DNA of 63,635 nt, filler included, from Vermamoeba vermiformis (lineage: Eukaryota): the NCBI GenBank assembly GCA_045837725.1. It is 11 parts of 11 records of this genome, joined end to end, with 100 filler letters (N's around TTAATTAATTAA, not from the genome) between each part and the next. Parts side by side here need not be neighbours in the genome. Positions count along the whole stretch, not along the records: positions 1 to 2,080 come from JBEWZL010000001.1; positions 2,181 to 10,982 come from JBEWZL010000004.1; positions 11,083 to 13,592 come from JBEWZL010000005.1; 8 more parts are not named here. The stretch is one strand, 5' to 3'. A model generated the notes under the pieces. It was given only the letters and a program-made list of their open reading frames with translations, was not told the origin of the DNA and searched no databases. Within the stretch, counting starts at the first letter, position 1; each line of letters starts with the position of its first letter. This document shows, piece by piece, positions 1-12,418 of this stretch. A program made the position numbers and the translations under genes.

Positions 1-92
1 ACATTTTTTCCTTCCGTATCTTGTCTAGCGGGGAGATTTAATTAATCGGGTCGCCTTTTTTAGTTATTTCAGTTTTTGCACCAGACAACACT

Positions 93-1858
93 ATGCAACT
101 GACCGCTTATTCTTTGTGCTTCATATATATAATTGCAGCACGTTGCGTTTTTTCAAGCGCAACCGCCGTTGAACCCATCTGGCTTTCTCCAACTAATGTG
201 AACTTAACAAGTAAGTTTGCTCCCGTAAATACTTAAAAATTAAGGTTATTATTTAAAAATTACTACTATTAATTACCTGCCCATTCAATACAAAATACTA
301 AAAAAAATTAACATTAATTTTTCTTCTTACAGTTCCCGATGAAACTGATTTCAACAACTTAGCCGAAATCTATATCGTTGAAAAAGGTGTTTGGGCTAAT
401 CTCACTAATGGTGCTGGTTCTCGTGGTAATGGTAACTTGGTTGCGATGGATTCGAAAGGAATTTTGTGGATCTTGTTTGGTTCGCGATACTACTTTACCA
501 GTTCTGTGGATGTGTATCTTTACAACGTATGGAACTACAACCCCAAAACGGACCTATATCGATATGTGTGGGGAAATAACGATACTGCTTTTGTAAATCC
601 ACGCAACCCTGGCGAATTGCAAGTGCCTGCTGAAACGAACCATCCTGGTGGGGTCACGTACACCGCCATGACAATAGACAATAACGATAATCTATGGTTC
701 ACTAGCGAAGAAAAATCAGGCGAGTTGTGGATGTTCAACACGACTTCTCTCATGTTTACGAGAATGCAAGGCCTATATGGTGAGACTGACGAGCCAAGTA
801 TCGGAGCTAATCCTGGTGAGCCTGGCCTGGACGTGTGGCCTGGAGAAAGTACAGGCCAGTGCATGGTCACTGACTCCAACAACGACATCTGGATGTTGTC
901 CGGGAGAAACTACAACGGCTACACCAACGCAGTTTGGCACTTCAATACTACGTCATTGTTATGGACGTTCATTGCAGGCAGTGTTAAGCAGCAGGTCGGC
1001 AATGCTACATTCTACGGGGGTGCATGGATGGCATCGTGTTTTATCGATGAAAATGATCGTGTTTGGTTGTACGGTGGCTACGGAGAACTCAATTTTTCAT
1101 ACGACGACTACCCTAGTATTTTCACATTTGATACTCGTGGCAAGCGAGAGTACGAGCTTGAGTTCGGTCCTGCCAATTATAGCGAAAAAACAATCTTGCC
1201 CCAGTCCGTCTCTGCTGACTATCATCCTGACAATCATCCTGGGGCCAGTGAAGGCTCAATATTCATTGACAGACTCGACGGCACGGTGATGCTCGTGTCT
1301 GGTGGTGCGTACATAGCTGATGGAGGATGGGGTGCTACGAACCAAGTGTGGTTGTACAGCAAGAGTTTGAAGCAGTGGAAGCTCGTGCACGGCGACATTA
1401 ATGTGAGAAATGAAGATGGCGTCTATTCTAACTACCGCCAGCCTGGTTCTCAGTTCCCTGCCAGCTTCATCTACGGTGGCCGCGTCAACGGCAAAAACTT
1501 CAATGGTGATGCGTATATTGTCGGTGGCGGCATACCACTAGACGCAGGTCCATATGCGCCAAACTACAAAGACATCTGGTTCATTCCCAACGACCAGTGC
1601 GCTTCTGTCAGTGCCAACAAGTGTTCAGTGAACGCGCAGTGCATCGACGAGATGTTCGGATACTCGTGTGTGTGCAATGAAGGCTTCACTGGCGATGGAT
1701 TCACGTGCAATGGTCCTCCTGGTGCAGTACCCGCAGCTGCCCCTGGTGCTGATGCTCCTAACTCCGGTGTTGCAGCACCGAAGAAACAAACCAGCAGTGC
1801 TTCGGTTGTAGGTGCCACTTCTCTCATTGTCGTCGCGCTAGCTGTTCTTGGTCTTTAA
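93..1858 (+). CDS. Secreted, probably GPI-anchored surface protein: kelch/beta-propeller repeats plus one EGF-like domain (2 exons, intron 211-332)
   Basis: ATG at 93 with hydrophobic leader MQLTAYSLCFIYIIAARCVFSSATA. The GTAAGT..TACAG intron joins in frame to ORF 437-1858. Repeated W-x-Y/F-GG motifs, EGF pattern CSVNAQCIDEMFGYSCVCNEGFTGDGFTC, Ala/Pro linker and hydrophobic C-terminal tail. Confidence 0.8.
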
Positions 1859-2080
1859 GAGTGTTTTTTTTTGATTAGTGCTAGCTTACACATATTAAAT
1901 AAAGAGCGGTACTAGTACTTCGTTATTGCTTTGTAAGTGCATCAGAGTAGTCGCTTTGCTTCTTGTCATATATTCAATTAATTAAGCTATTCGTTAAGAT
2001 TACCGAATAGGTAATTCAGATACTGCTTGCATTCCGAAAGGATTGAGGATCTTGACCGCATCCACAAAGATTCTTCTTGA

Positions 2081-2180
2081 NNNNNNNNNNNNNNNNNNNN
2101 NNNNNNNNNNNNNNNNNNNNNNNNTTAATTAATTAANNNNNNNNNNNNNNNNNNNNNNNNNNNNNNNNNNNNNNNNNNNN
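2081..2180. other. Artificial contig spacer N44-TTAATTAATTAA-N44. Identical spacers at 10983-11082, 13593-13692, 16122-16221, 39542-39641, 45110-45209, 49487-49586, 56010-56109, 59881-59980 and 61094-61193
   Basis: Ten identical 100-nt blocks. TTAATTAATTAA gives stop codons in all six frames, a typical scaffolding linker. Confidence 0.99.
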
Positions 2181-5100
2181 TGCCGCTCACGTCGTCCACG
2201 TCGACCGGAAGCTTGGCCAGGGACAAAAGAGTGCCTGCCTGAATGATGGCCGATGCAGCCACGGCAGGGAAGGTGGCCTTTGCTTCCTCTCCCGGTTGCT
2301 GGAGGAGGATGCAATGTCTCAAGCACCAAAGGAAAGGTCTCGCCGCCCAGAGAAGGTCCTGATCCTTTCCTGCCGAAGGCAAGCACCATAAGGTGCTCGA
2401 GTCCTTGGTGTCCACGAAAGTCGAAAGGCAGGCGAAAAAGTCGGCGGACAGGGTCGGGTTGGTCTCTTCTTCGTCGACCGTTCCGGGGGGAGGAGATGAG
2501 TAAAAGCAGTAGTGGGCTGGGGAGAACTCCACTTTGGGCAGGACCGTAAAGCTTTGGGTAGAAGAGAACTTGGGTAGTTCCCCAGTCTTGAGGCAAGCCA
2601 GCAGGACGAAGCAGCCCGTTCCTCCTTGGACGTCTTGGGGATCTTGCTTGTATCCATGGTGTTTGATGACATTGAACAGCAAGGTCGTCAGCACACGGCT
2701 GGACATGATGGATGTGCAGGCTGCCCCCAGGGTGCGAGTGTTGAGCAGCAGCACGGTGGAGAAGCCCAAAATCGCCGCCTCCTTGGCCTTCTCGATCCTG
2801 ACGCTCGCCTGCTCGTCGGTTTGGACTTTTCCTCCCCTGGCATCCACCAAAAACAGGTGCTCCACCTGAACCAGGAGGTGAGAACTCGAAAAGACGGACG
2901 AAGGCAATCTCGCTTACCTGGTCTTCGGCCGAGAGGTCGACCTTCACGGGCAACAGAGGCTGGATTCCCGGTAATATGTCCTCAATCTTGTGCTTTTCGT
3001 CGAAAGCAAACACGTGGGCCCAGTCTCTCAATCTGGTCTTCGATTTCGGCTTTCCTGCCACCTGCAACGACTTGATGATGGCTCCCGCCACGTGCTCCTT
3101 GTCTTTTTCGTTGCAGAGGGATAGGACGTCGGTGGGAGAGCAAGGTTCGTCGAAACAAGCCTTCCATTTTTTCCTTTCGTCTGTCGCCTCCTGGCTCTCT
3201 GGGCTTGAATTGTGAAGCTTCAGGTAACTGGCGACCACGCTCTCGTTGAACCATTTTTGAACTTCGTCCTTGTCTTTAACTATCTGGCATAAAGTTTTGA
3301 AGCTGGGACCCTTGAGCTGTTGGGATGCCGCGAACATCATCAGGGCGTAACGTTTCCGAGGATCAGGAATTCCCTGGAGGCCGCTCAAGCTTTCGACCGA
3401 GTAAGGTTTCGATTTGTTCTGCATCCTGGACAGGTGCTCGTACCAGACGGGCCAGACGAAGAAGGGATAGGCATGAGGAGGGACCTGGTACGCCCACTTG
3501 ATCTTGTAGTGGTTGCTCTGGATGATTTTGACCACGGCCTCCATCGCCTTGTCTCGAGTCTCCCGGTTGGCTTCAGCAAGCCTCTTGGCCTCTTCCGCCT
3601 TGATCGAGTTGGTGGCGGCGGCAATGTTGAAGTTGAACTCGGACATTATGCTCCTGTCTGCTTCTGCGGGGTCCGTGTTCTTGTCGAACACTTTGACGAT
3701 CCATCTGGATCTCAGCATCCTCAGCAGGTTGACCAGAGTCGGTTTCTCTTGCTGAGATTGCATGTAGAACAGGTTGTTGGTGATGGTGACCTTCTCGTCC
3801 TCGTCCAGGTCCACGTAAAGTTGGAGCAAGACCTTGGGGGCCGGCACCTTCCCCGAAGCTTGGAGTTTCTTCGCGGCCTCTCTCCTGTGTTGACCGTCGA
3901 GGGTCTCCACCTTCGCTGCCGGCAAGGCTCTGGGATCCTTGACCTCCTTCATCCAGTGCTCCAGCTCCTCCCAGGCAGATGAATCGACGCAGCCCACCAC
4001 CAGGGTGAAGTTGTCCCATTCCTCTCCGATCGTCTCGACCTTCTCCTGCACCAGCTTCTGGTTGAGCTCCCTGAGGACGTTGCTGGCCTGGTGGTCGTCC
4101 AGCACCTCGTAGGGAACTTCCCCAAAGGTTCCCACGCACTTGGCCTTGGTGATCTTGGAGGCTTCTTGCTGGAGGGTCTTGAGCATTGCTGGGTTCTCTT
4201 TGATCCCTTCCAACAAGCTTTTGGCATCCTTGGGCATGTCCTTGCTTTTGCTGGCCTCTTCCACCGCCTTGCTGACCATGCTGGCTCTCCTGTTCTTTTT
4301 GTCGTTTGCTTCTGCCTTGCTCTGGGCCAGTGCCTTGCTGGTGGCTAATTCGTCCCTGATCCTCTTCCTGGCCGACTCGGACACCTCTTTGGTGGCAACG
4401 ACCTGTTGGAAGGTCAGAGTTAATCCTTTCTTGGCTCAAGAATAGATTTTTACACTTACCTTTTGAGGAGTCATCTCCAGCACCTTGGTCTTGCTGACGA
4501 CCGGGAACGTGTCGGGATCTCCGAACGGCTCTTCCTCTTTGGCCTTCTCCGATTGCACTCGAATCGCCTTGGGAACCAGGCTCTCTTCAATCTCGGCCCT
4601 GGCAGCCTCTTCGGTCAGCTCGTTGGTGTTGGAGGGCTCCCTTGCTCCCGCTTTCACTGCCAACTTGTACTCCACCTTCCAGTCATCCATGACTTTCTGG
4701 AAGGTATAGTCTCCTTTTTCGGTGCGAGTCAGGTTCCAGGTCTGCAACTGGGCGTTCACCTTGTCGGGGTTCCAGTGGGACTTGATCTCCAGGCAGGCTC
4801 TTTCTTCCAGCTCCGGAGCCTTTGCCAGGGCCAGCCAGCATTGGCTTCCACCCTTGACCAAGTGGACAACCACCCATTGGTCGTCGCCTCGGTTGATCTC
4901 CTGGACGGCCTTCTGGTTCTTGCCCATGATCGGCCCCTTGTACAGAAGGCACTTTCTATCTTGGTCGGCCTCGATCCACCAGCTTCCAGAGGGCACCCCG
5001 CTCACGTAGCTCCTGGGACGTTCGTCAGTTTCCTGCTTGAGTTTGCCTTGCTCTCTTACCTGTCGGACCACTTGCTCTTTGCGTTGGGCTTGAGCTCTCC

Positions 5101-5262
5101 CATCAGCTTTTCCAACTCCTTTTGTAACTTCTTGGCCGCTCTTTCTTCTTTTCGTTGCTTTCCTTCTTCCTTTCTCGTCTCTCCTTGCTTTAACAAGTTC
5201 AAGATCTGGGTAGCTTGGGTAGATTGCCTGTAAACTCGAGTTAGAATCTCTTCTTGGGTCAA
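2181..5262 (-). CDS. Large GC-rich spliced protein (about 970 aa visible, 3' end lost in the gap, 5' end uncertain) with a ParB/Srx-like DGQHR domain
   Basis: Three short GT-AG introns (5059-5013, 4459-4403, 2917-2866) join ORFs 5056-5262, 4436-5071, 2129-4384 and 2125-2907 into one frame. Motif VLRELNQKLVQEKVETI...VETLDGQHRREAAKKL...VLLQLYVDL. Confidence 0.7.
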
Positions 5263-5662
5263 GAAAGGATTATCTCACTGCAACTTTAATCTTTTCCCTC
5301 CGACTCAGGAAGGGATTTTCCCTCTCTGACTCAGGAAGGGATTCTTCATTTCGAATAAAACTTAGAAATTTACTATTCCCTTCCCTGTCTGCAAATATTG
5401 TACTTACGACATCTTTGCAGATTTTCCTTTTCTTGGGTAGCAGGTTTTCTGCTTTGTTGTTGTCGAGTGTGGTGTTGTGTTTGTGAGGGTGAGTAAAATG
5501 AAATTTTTTTGTTTCCAAACATTACTATTGAATTTCCTCCCTTTTTATTTAGGGAGGATATTTTTTCCCTCCCTGTCTCAGAAAGGGAAAGTTTTCTGCA
5601 AATTATAATGTTGCTTCTCGAGTTGAAAATCCCTTACTGCTTAGCAGTTTGTCTTGGAGGAA

Positions 5663-5840
5663 TTGGGGGGGAAACCCCCCACACCCCCCAGCAACATTTT
5701 TTTCCTTTCATAGCCCAGGATGTTTTGATCTGCGCTTCGTTTCCTGATGCAATTTGTCCAAATTCAAGTCTCTAGAACATTTTCCATGATTGGAGACATT
5801 GGGGGGGAAACCCCCCCACACCCCCCAGCAACATTTTTTC
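5663..5840. repeat. Two direct copies of a GC hairpin module TTG7-AAA-C6/7-ACAC6AGCAACATTTTTT
   Basis: Copies at about 5663-5703 and 5799-5839. The G-run/GAAA/C-run forms a perfect stem-loop. Confidence 0.85.
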
Positions 5841-6799
5841 TCATTTTTTCTTTGCTTTTGCCTTGCCGAAACCCCTTCAATCTCTGATTTTGTCCTGATT
5901 TTTCCTGATTTTCTGTTGTTTTTGCCTGATTTTCCCTCAATTTTGGAATTTTCGCCTCAATTTCCTTCATTTTTCCCTTTGTTCTTTCAAAATCCCTTCC
6001 TGTCTCAGGGAGGGATTGCCTTGTAGGGAAGGGATTTTCATCACTGCCTGTCTTTCTTCTTGAATTCCCTTCTTGAGCCAAAGAAGGATTGTCTTTCGAA
6101 AACGGCTTTCACAACCCTAACCCCGATGTTTTTTGATATTTCTCATATAAATGTTATTATTGGAAACCAAACATTAAGATTTCTGAAATTGTCGACAACT
6201 ATCCAAATCGTGAGACAGCCATCGAACATTTTACTACAGCACTATGTACCCAAGCTTAAACGGAGTGTTAATGCAATATTTTCCTAATGCGTTAGCCGCT
6301 GCCAGAGAAATTGCAATCGTATGCTAGATCTGTGCATCATTCAGCCAGATTGGTTGCATCGATTTCATGTCATGCTTTGCAACGTCAATTAATCATTAAA
6401 TTATTTTGATTGTTCAACAAATAATTAATTATTAACACCAATAATTAGCAGTAATGATAAGAACTGTCAGCAAAATTAGTGCCCTATATTTGGCAATTTT
6501 TGTTGCGTAATTTGACAGCTTCTACGCTGCAACAAAATGTGTGAATTTAAGTTGTGTGTAGAAAAAAAAATCTGTGTAACAACCTGAATTTTATCAGCTA
6601 TATTGATAAATGCACCAAGTTTAAACTTTTAGTAAAGAGATTAGACAAGTATTTTAGAATTGTTGAGTATGATAGTAGTACGTCGTCGTTGGGCTGTGCC
6701 AACGACAAAATTTAATCATTTGTATCATTTATTCATGTGACTCAAAGGCAAGTGGCACATGTGGCAGCTAAAAATCGTTTTTTCCTAAATTGCCGCATG

Positions 6800-9700
6800 G
6801 TACCCGTGTCATTTATGTATCTAGTGTGGTGTAGCGTGACCCACATCTTGAGTAGTGTGGGAATGCCAAACAGTTGAAAGGTCACCTAGTTCGACACTGA
6901 GTTGCCTGGCAGTTACCATATTTGGACAAGATAGGTTGAATGAAATCCCCATCAGTACAAGTGACATGTGCAAACAGTGACCAGCACGCACTTCAATCAC
7001 GTGCTGTTCAAGGTCTTCAGGCTTGTCCGAAGCAATAGCCAGATCCACTGCTTGTACCAAGATTGAGACCGTTTATCGCAGCCAATAACATCGCTCTAAC
7101 TGATATTCCGATCTGCTGGACCCAACGACATTGCCTGCGCTGAACAGTGTTAGCGAGAGTAGTGGTCAAATAAGGCACTCTTACTTGATGTCAGAACCAA
7201 CAGCTCCAATGTTTTGTAGGCTTGCTTGTTGCTTTCAAAATTTTGCCGCGATCTGCCTGTTCTCGGTATTGATGAGCACTGTGTCTTTAACCTGCGAAGA
7301 TCAGCACGGATTATTACTAAACTAGGCAAGTACCTGAATAACAGAATTCGCTCCTGGCGGCGCTGGCGCTCCAGTCGTGATCGTAGCCACGTGACCAGAT
7401 GTGACGGACTTGACCAGCTGCAATGAGGCCGAGGATTGGGTACTCGCCAACACCGTCCTGCACACCATCAGTGAGTTATTGTTGAAGCCTATAATGCACT
7501 GTTACCTCTGCGACAACGAGCGTATCCGTTCTTGTTGCGTTCTTGATTGGGCCGGGAAAGGCGGGAGTGGATCTGCAGCGGACATTTTGACCCAAAACAC
7601 GTCCTAGTGCTTGCTAAACTGGCGTGTGCCTGGCAGCATTGGATACGGTGAAGCTTGTGGAGCTCTTGTGCTGTCATGTTTCTGATCAGAAAATAATTAA
7701 AAGGAATTTTATTGTTGGATTTTTTTTCGGTTAGACGGAGGGAAGTACGTACGTATCAGCGAATGCTTTACCGCAGCCTTCGGCGTTATAAATGAGGCGA
7801 AAATGCTTTGTTGCACCTTCTGTATCGCATTAGAAGGTCTCTGAAAGAATTAAAAAATTAAAATAGCAAATTAGAACGGCGAATCCACGATCTTGATCAA
7901 AAAAATTCAAGATTACCTTTACAATTTGCGATATAATATACTGCTCGAGCTTAGCAGCTTTTGGGCAGCGCTTGTTGCATCCTTCGTAAGGGAGATGAGA
8001 CCAGAGAGACTTGTACTAAAGAAGAGTTGATAGATCGTAGTGAAGTAGCCCGTGCCTGGTGAAAAAAACAAATTCGCTCAGCTTGGAAAGTATTAATATT
8101 AAACGGTACCATAATTTTAGAAAATTGTTGATCTTTCTTGGTCTCTTGATCGGATTTTAGACCAACACTACCCTAAGGTGATGCACCGTTCGGTAATCAA
8201 CCATAGTTGGCAGCAAGACGACTTCCCTCGGAGCTTGAGGTAGATACTCACATGTAGTAGAATAAGTTGGCATCCAAATTAGCTTCGGCACGTTAGTTTC
8301 GGCATAATGATCACGTGATTTGTTTCACGAACCACACACCGCTTTTTTTGTCTCGTTCGTGCAGTTCACGTACATCAAAAACGTGCAGTGGAGCTTTTAG
8401 CGCTAGATCTTTGCTAAATTGAGCGGACAACACCCAATGGCAGTATTGAGCCGATCAACTAGTACTGTATACGTGTGAAGCCAGCATTGGTTTAGTAATG
8501 ATTTTTTAATACATATATATTAGAATTGAGTTCTTGCACAAACCTTGATATTTGTGCGCATTCTTTTAAGTTCGTTCGATTTACTTACCTTCCCAACGCT
8601 AAAATTGGCCCAAAATCTCAGAAAAAAATTGGAATCGCGGTAAGGCAAGGCTATTTCGTCGTTCTAATGCATCTGTGGCAACAAATAGCATGTAATTCTA
8701 TTGTACGTACCGCAGTGCATCGTTGAGGCCCAACCAATGGCAAGTGCGAGCACAAGGAACTTTGTTTAAGCTTCAACTTTGCCAACTAACCCAGAGCCCG
8801 GTGGAACACATCACAAACATCATAACAAAAGAAAACTGGTTGTTTTGAGAGGCCGTACAAAGCGAGCCAAGACCGATTTACTAAAAGAAATTTCCGCCGA
8901 ATACTGCTTCTTTGACCGGAGTTTGACCTCGTTCATGAAGAAAAGACCATTTTTTGCCCGAGCTTCTCGTCTTTCTTCGTAGCAACCCAAGAAAATTCCA
9001 AAAGAAGCGTTCCTACTCCTCGTATTTTAAAATGACGAATTACCCAATAGAAGAGGTGATAGGCAGGTACAAGAGCGAGTTTCCCTCGAACGTTGCCACT
9101 GTTGGATGACTATGTCTGTTTACTGTCTGTCTCAGCACGGCGTGAGAACAATTATAACGTGACGCGAAGGAATCGCCTAAGTCTGTTAGTAAGAGAGCAA
9201 AACTACTTCCAAATGCTTTTGGGAAACGTTCCGTTTTCTTTCCGAATGAATTAATAAAAAATAATTGGAACACACCAAGTCTACCTCTTTACCTGCTTTC
9301 CTACGGTCTAGCAAGCACTCAAATAAGCCAGCTGCTCGCAGATATGGTTGCACAAAACGTAAACACTTGCAATTCGTTGCCGAACGCAGTTTGTACCGCC
9401 CAGCCCGAGGTCACTTAATTTAAAAAGCAAAAATACGGTACAATTCAAGGTAATAATTACGCAAGATTTGCTCTCCGAAGTAAATAAAGCATGCGTCAAC
9501 GCAACGATATCGTTCAGAACAAGAACAGAAAGCTAAAAAAGGAAGGTGTTTCATGAAAAAAACCGCTAACAATTCGTTCTTTATTCGAATGATTTAATAC
9601 TATGTTCGAACATTGCCTCCTTCGAGAAGCGAATATAATCACCGAAGTTGTTCAAGTCTCCAGAGGCGAAACTTTTTGCATCTGGTCCGCGGAAGGACAA

Positions 9701-10560
9701 CCGCGAGAAAGGATGAGATCACCTTCGTCAATCCGCCGAGAACTTCAGTCTTGCTCAAGGCAGGACACGCATGAAACCGCTGGTGGCAGATACGTAATCA
9801 GCGGGAGTTGAGCCTTGAACCATCTTGACGAGGCCACCGAAACTGAACAATCCAGATGCGTAAGGATCGTTCTCAGTATCTGTGATGCGACCAAGTACTC
9901 CAGTAGTGGCTGGCATTTGTGCGTGGACATTTTGCACGATGTTATGGGCGAACAAGAAAGGAGGCAAGCGAATAGTTGTTGTCGCAGGCTCAACTGACGC
10001 ACCAGCGTTAGCAACGAATAGCGCGTCACCATCCTTGTAGAGTTGCGTCAGTTTGCCCATCACGCTGATCGTAGAAGCGAGTCATAGGGTGATTAGTGGG
10101 GAACTTAATCCTGGTCGACCCATTTAGTGATGGGGTTAGGGCTATTTAAATTAAACCGTTAGACGTCTGCGATAATCTTTCTCTTGTGTGAATTACTTAC
10201 TTTCCACCTGCCATAGCGTCCTTGTTACCATCGTGAAATCACGAACACTTTGAGGTCGGGATGGACGTGTTGAAAGCACTCTTCGGCAGCATCGATGAAA
10301 GCACCAATGGTAGGTAGTAGGCGAGCAGTTAGCACCTGTCAAGGTGATATCTCGCAAATAAGGGTTGGCATCAGAGGACGCGTCCTCTTGGCAAGAGCTT
10401 TGATCTTGTTCGCGCAAAGCCGGCCACCTAATTAAAACAATCAATAAATAAAATATTAAACAGTAAAATAAATATCAACAAGGTGGAGACGTCTATAATA
10501 CTTTAAACAACATTCGAACTTGGAAATGATTTTAGATTTAACATCAGTCAACTTTGCCGA
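6800..10560 (-). pseudogene. Decayed multi-exon coding sequence(s) of unknown family
   Basis: Exon-like blocks bounded by GT/AG read as plausible protein but contain in-frame stops (e.g. IKNATRTDTLVVAEVTVHYRLQQ*LTDGVQ; VLINTENRQIAAKF*KQQ; ANLFYYM*VSTSSSEG). No family recognised. Confidence 0.35.
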
Positions 10561-11770
10561 AATTCTCTTCTTGCTAATATCGTACGTCAGAATTTACGCG
10601 GATTATAAATCCTAAAATAATATTTTGATGCTTAATATTACCGTAGTTGCCTTTTGTCTGGGTTAATGCGTGCAATAAATATTTTACTAATACGAAGTCA
10701 GATTCGCAGTAAAAACTGCGACTCACTAATAAGCACGACAAGTGCGGTGCCTTCCATTAGATAATTAAGTGGAGGACTGAAACAACTATGAAAGAACGGT
10801 CGACAAAGGCAAAAAAAAGCCAAATTTTTTTGGCCAAACGGTCGCAAAAAATAAACGTGTGTGTGTGTGTGCACAAACTCACCATGGATACCACACAGGA
10901 AGCAGTTAAATATATAAAAAGGATGCCAAGCAGCTCAGCAAGTTCAAGGAAGACAAGATCTGTCAATTGAAGAAAGAAATTCNNNNNNNNNNNNNNNNNN
11001 NNNNNNNNNNNNNNNNNNNNNNNNNNTTAATTAATTAANNNNNNNNNNNNNNNNNNNNNNNNNNNNNNNNNNNNNNNNNNNNAATACTCCCTGTCATATT
11101 TAAAATGGATAAGAAACAACTGTGCAGAACCCAGATTCACTTGTTGAAACTCTAAAATCCAAGATAGAAAGTACGAGGATGAATCTGAAACTTTGAAAAG
11201 ATAACATTGTTTTTCTGCTTCCTTCCACTTAGTACTCTTGTGGAAGTTGTAGACTCTTCATGGTTGCAATCAAAATTGTGTTAATAGGGTTGCTTCTTCC
11301 TTGACTTGACCAACAGGTCTTCATAATCTTCTTTATCATCTTGATGGGTGCACTTTTGTTTGTTTTTGTGGTGAGAGGATGAGCTGGAGTTGTCTTCCAT
11401 TGCCTTGTCATTGCTATCATTTTCATTGCTGTCCTCACTATCCTCACTGCTGTCCTAGGTTTCATACTCATAGTTGTCATTTTCATATCTGTCAGCTTCT
11501 TTCATTATCTGTAGCTGGTAAGTGTATCTGAATATGTCCTCTTGCTGAATAATGTAATTCTGTGTGAAACCAGTAGCAATTTCATTCACTTGAGTAAGAT
11601 CTTGCACTAGATTGAAATCAAGTCCATTGTCATGAACACCTTGTTGTGTCAGCGTAGTGATTGTTCACATTAAGCCCAATAAAGTCTGAACTTTTATTGT
11701 AGACCATAGAGGTTTGATTATTCTACTTAAAAGGCTAGGGCTGGGATGGTAGTACCCTAAAACTTTTGAA

Positions 11771-12130
11771 GAATTCTAGGCCTTTCGTCCGAAGATCGGA
11801 CGATCCCAGACCAATTTCCGAGAATTCTTGACCATTCGTCTGAAGATCGGACGATCCCTGACCAATTTCAAGAATTCTTGACCATTCGTCCGAAGATCAG
11901 ACGATCCCAGGCAATTTTCAAGAATTCCTGACCATTCGTCTGAAGATCAGACGATCCCAGACCAATTTCTGAGAATTCTTGACCATTCGTCTGAAGATCG
12001 GACGATCCCTGACCATTTTCAAGAATTCTTGACCATTCGTCCGAAGATCAGACGATCCCAGACCAATTTCCGAGAATTCTTGACCATTCGTCCGAAGATC
12101 GGACGATCCCTGACCATTTTCAAGAATTCT
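11771..12130. repeat. Minisatellite: 7 tandem units of 50-51 bp plus a partial eighth, each with an internal hairpin CGTCCGA-AGA-TCGGACG
   Basis: Units begin GAATTC at 11771, 11822, 11872, 11922, 11973, 12023 and 12074; partial unit at 12124. Confidence 0.97.
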
Positions 12131-12418
12131 CGATCATTGTTTGACAATTCCAAATAAAAGTGGCAATACACCTCAATTTATGTAAAAACAGGTTGAATTT
12201 GCAGTGTTCAACGAGTTATTTACTTTGAATTCAATCATGACTGTCTTCCATCTCAATTCATGACAGCTGACATAGCTTATTCTAAATTTCATGTAAAACA
12301 GGTTGAATTCGGTGTATTCAACCAGATTTTCGTATTAACTAGTACGTACTAATAAAACGGTAAATTTAAACTTGGTTCGAGTACAGAGTGCTAACGGATC
12401 TAGTTTATTTTAAATTGA

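Noticed and set aside
2125-2136. Recurrent TTAATTAATTAA palindrome as a biological repeat or piggyBac target site
   Set aside because: Always centred in identical N runs; an assembly linker.
2129-2917. C-terminal part of the 751-aa ORF (FEFSPPGSGG...) as real protein, or a programmed frameshift
   Set aside because: A 52-nt GT-AG intron (2917-2866) moves translation into the 2125-2907 frame; the other tail is off-frame.
2253-5233. Many overlapping plus-strand and alternative-frame ORFs
   Set aside because: Shadow ORFs expected in GC-rich coding DNA; no motifs.
11771-12130. CRISPR array
   Set aside because: Whole units repeat with no unique spacers, there are no cas genes, and the context is eukaryotic.
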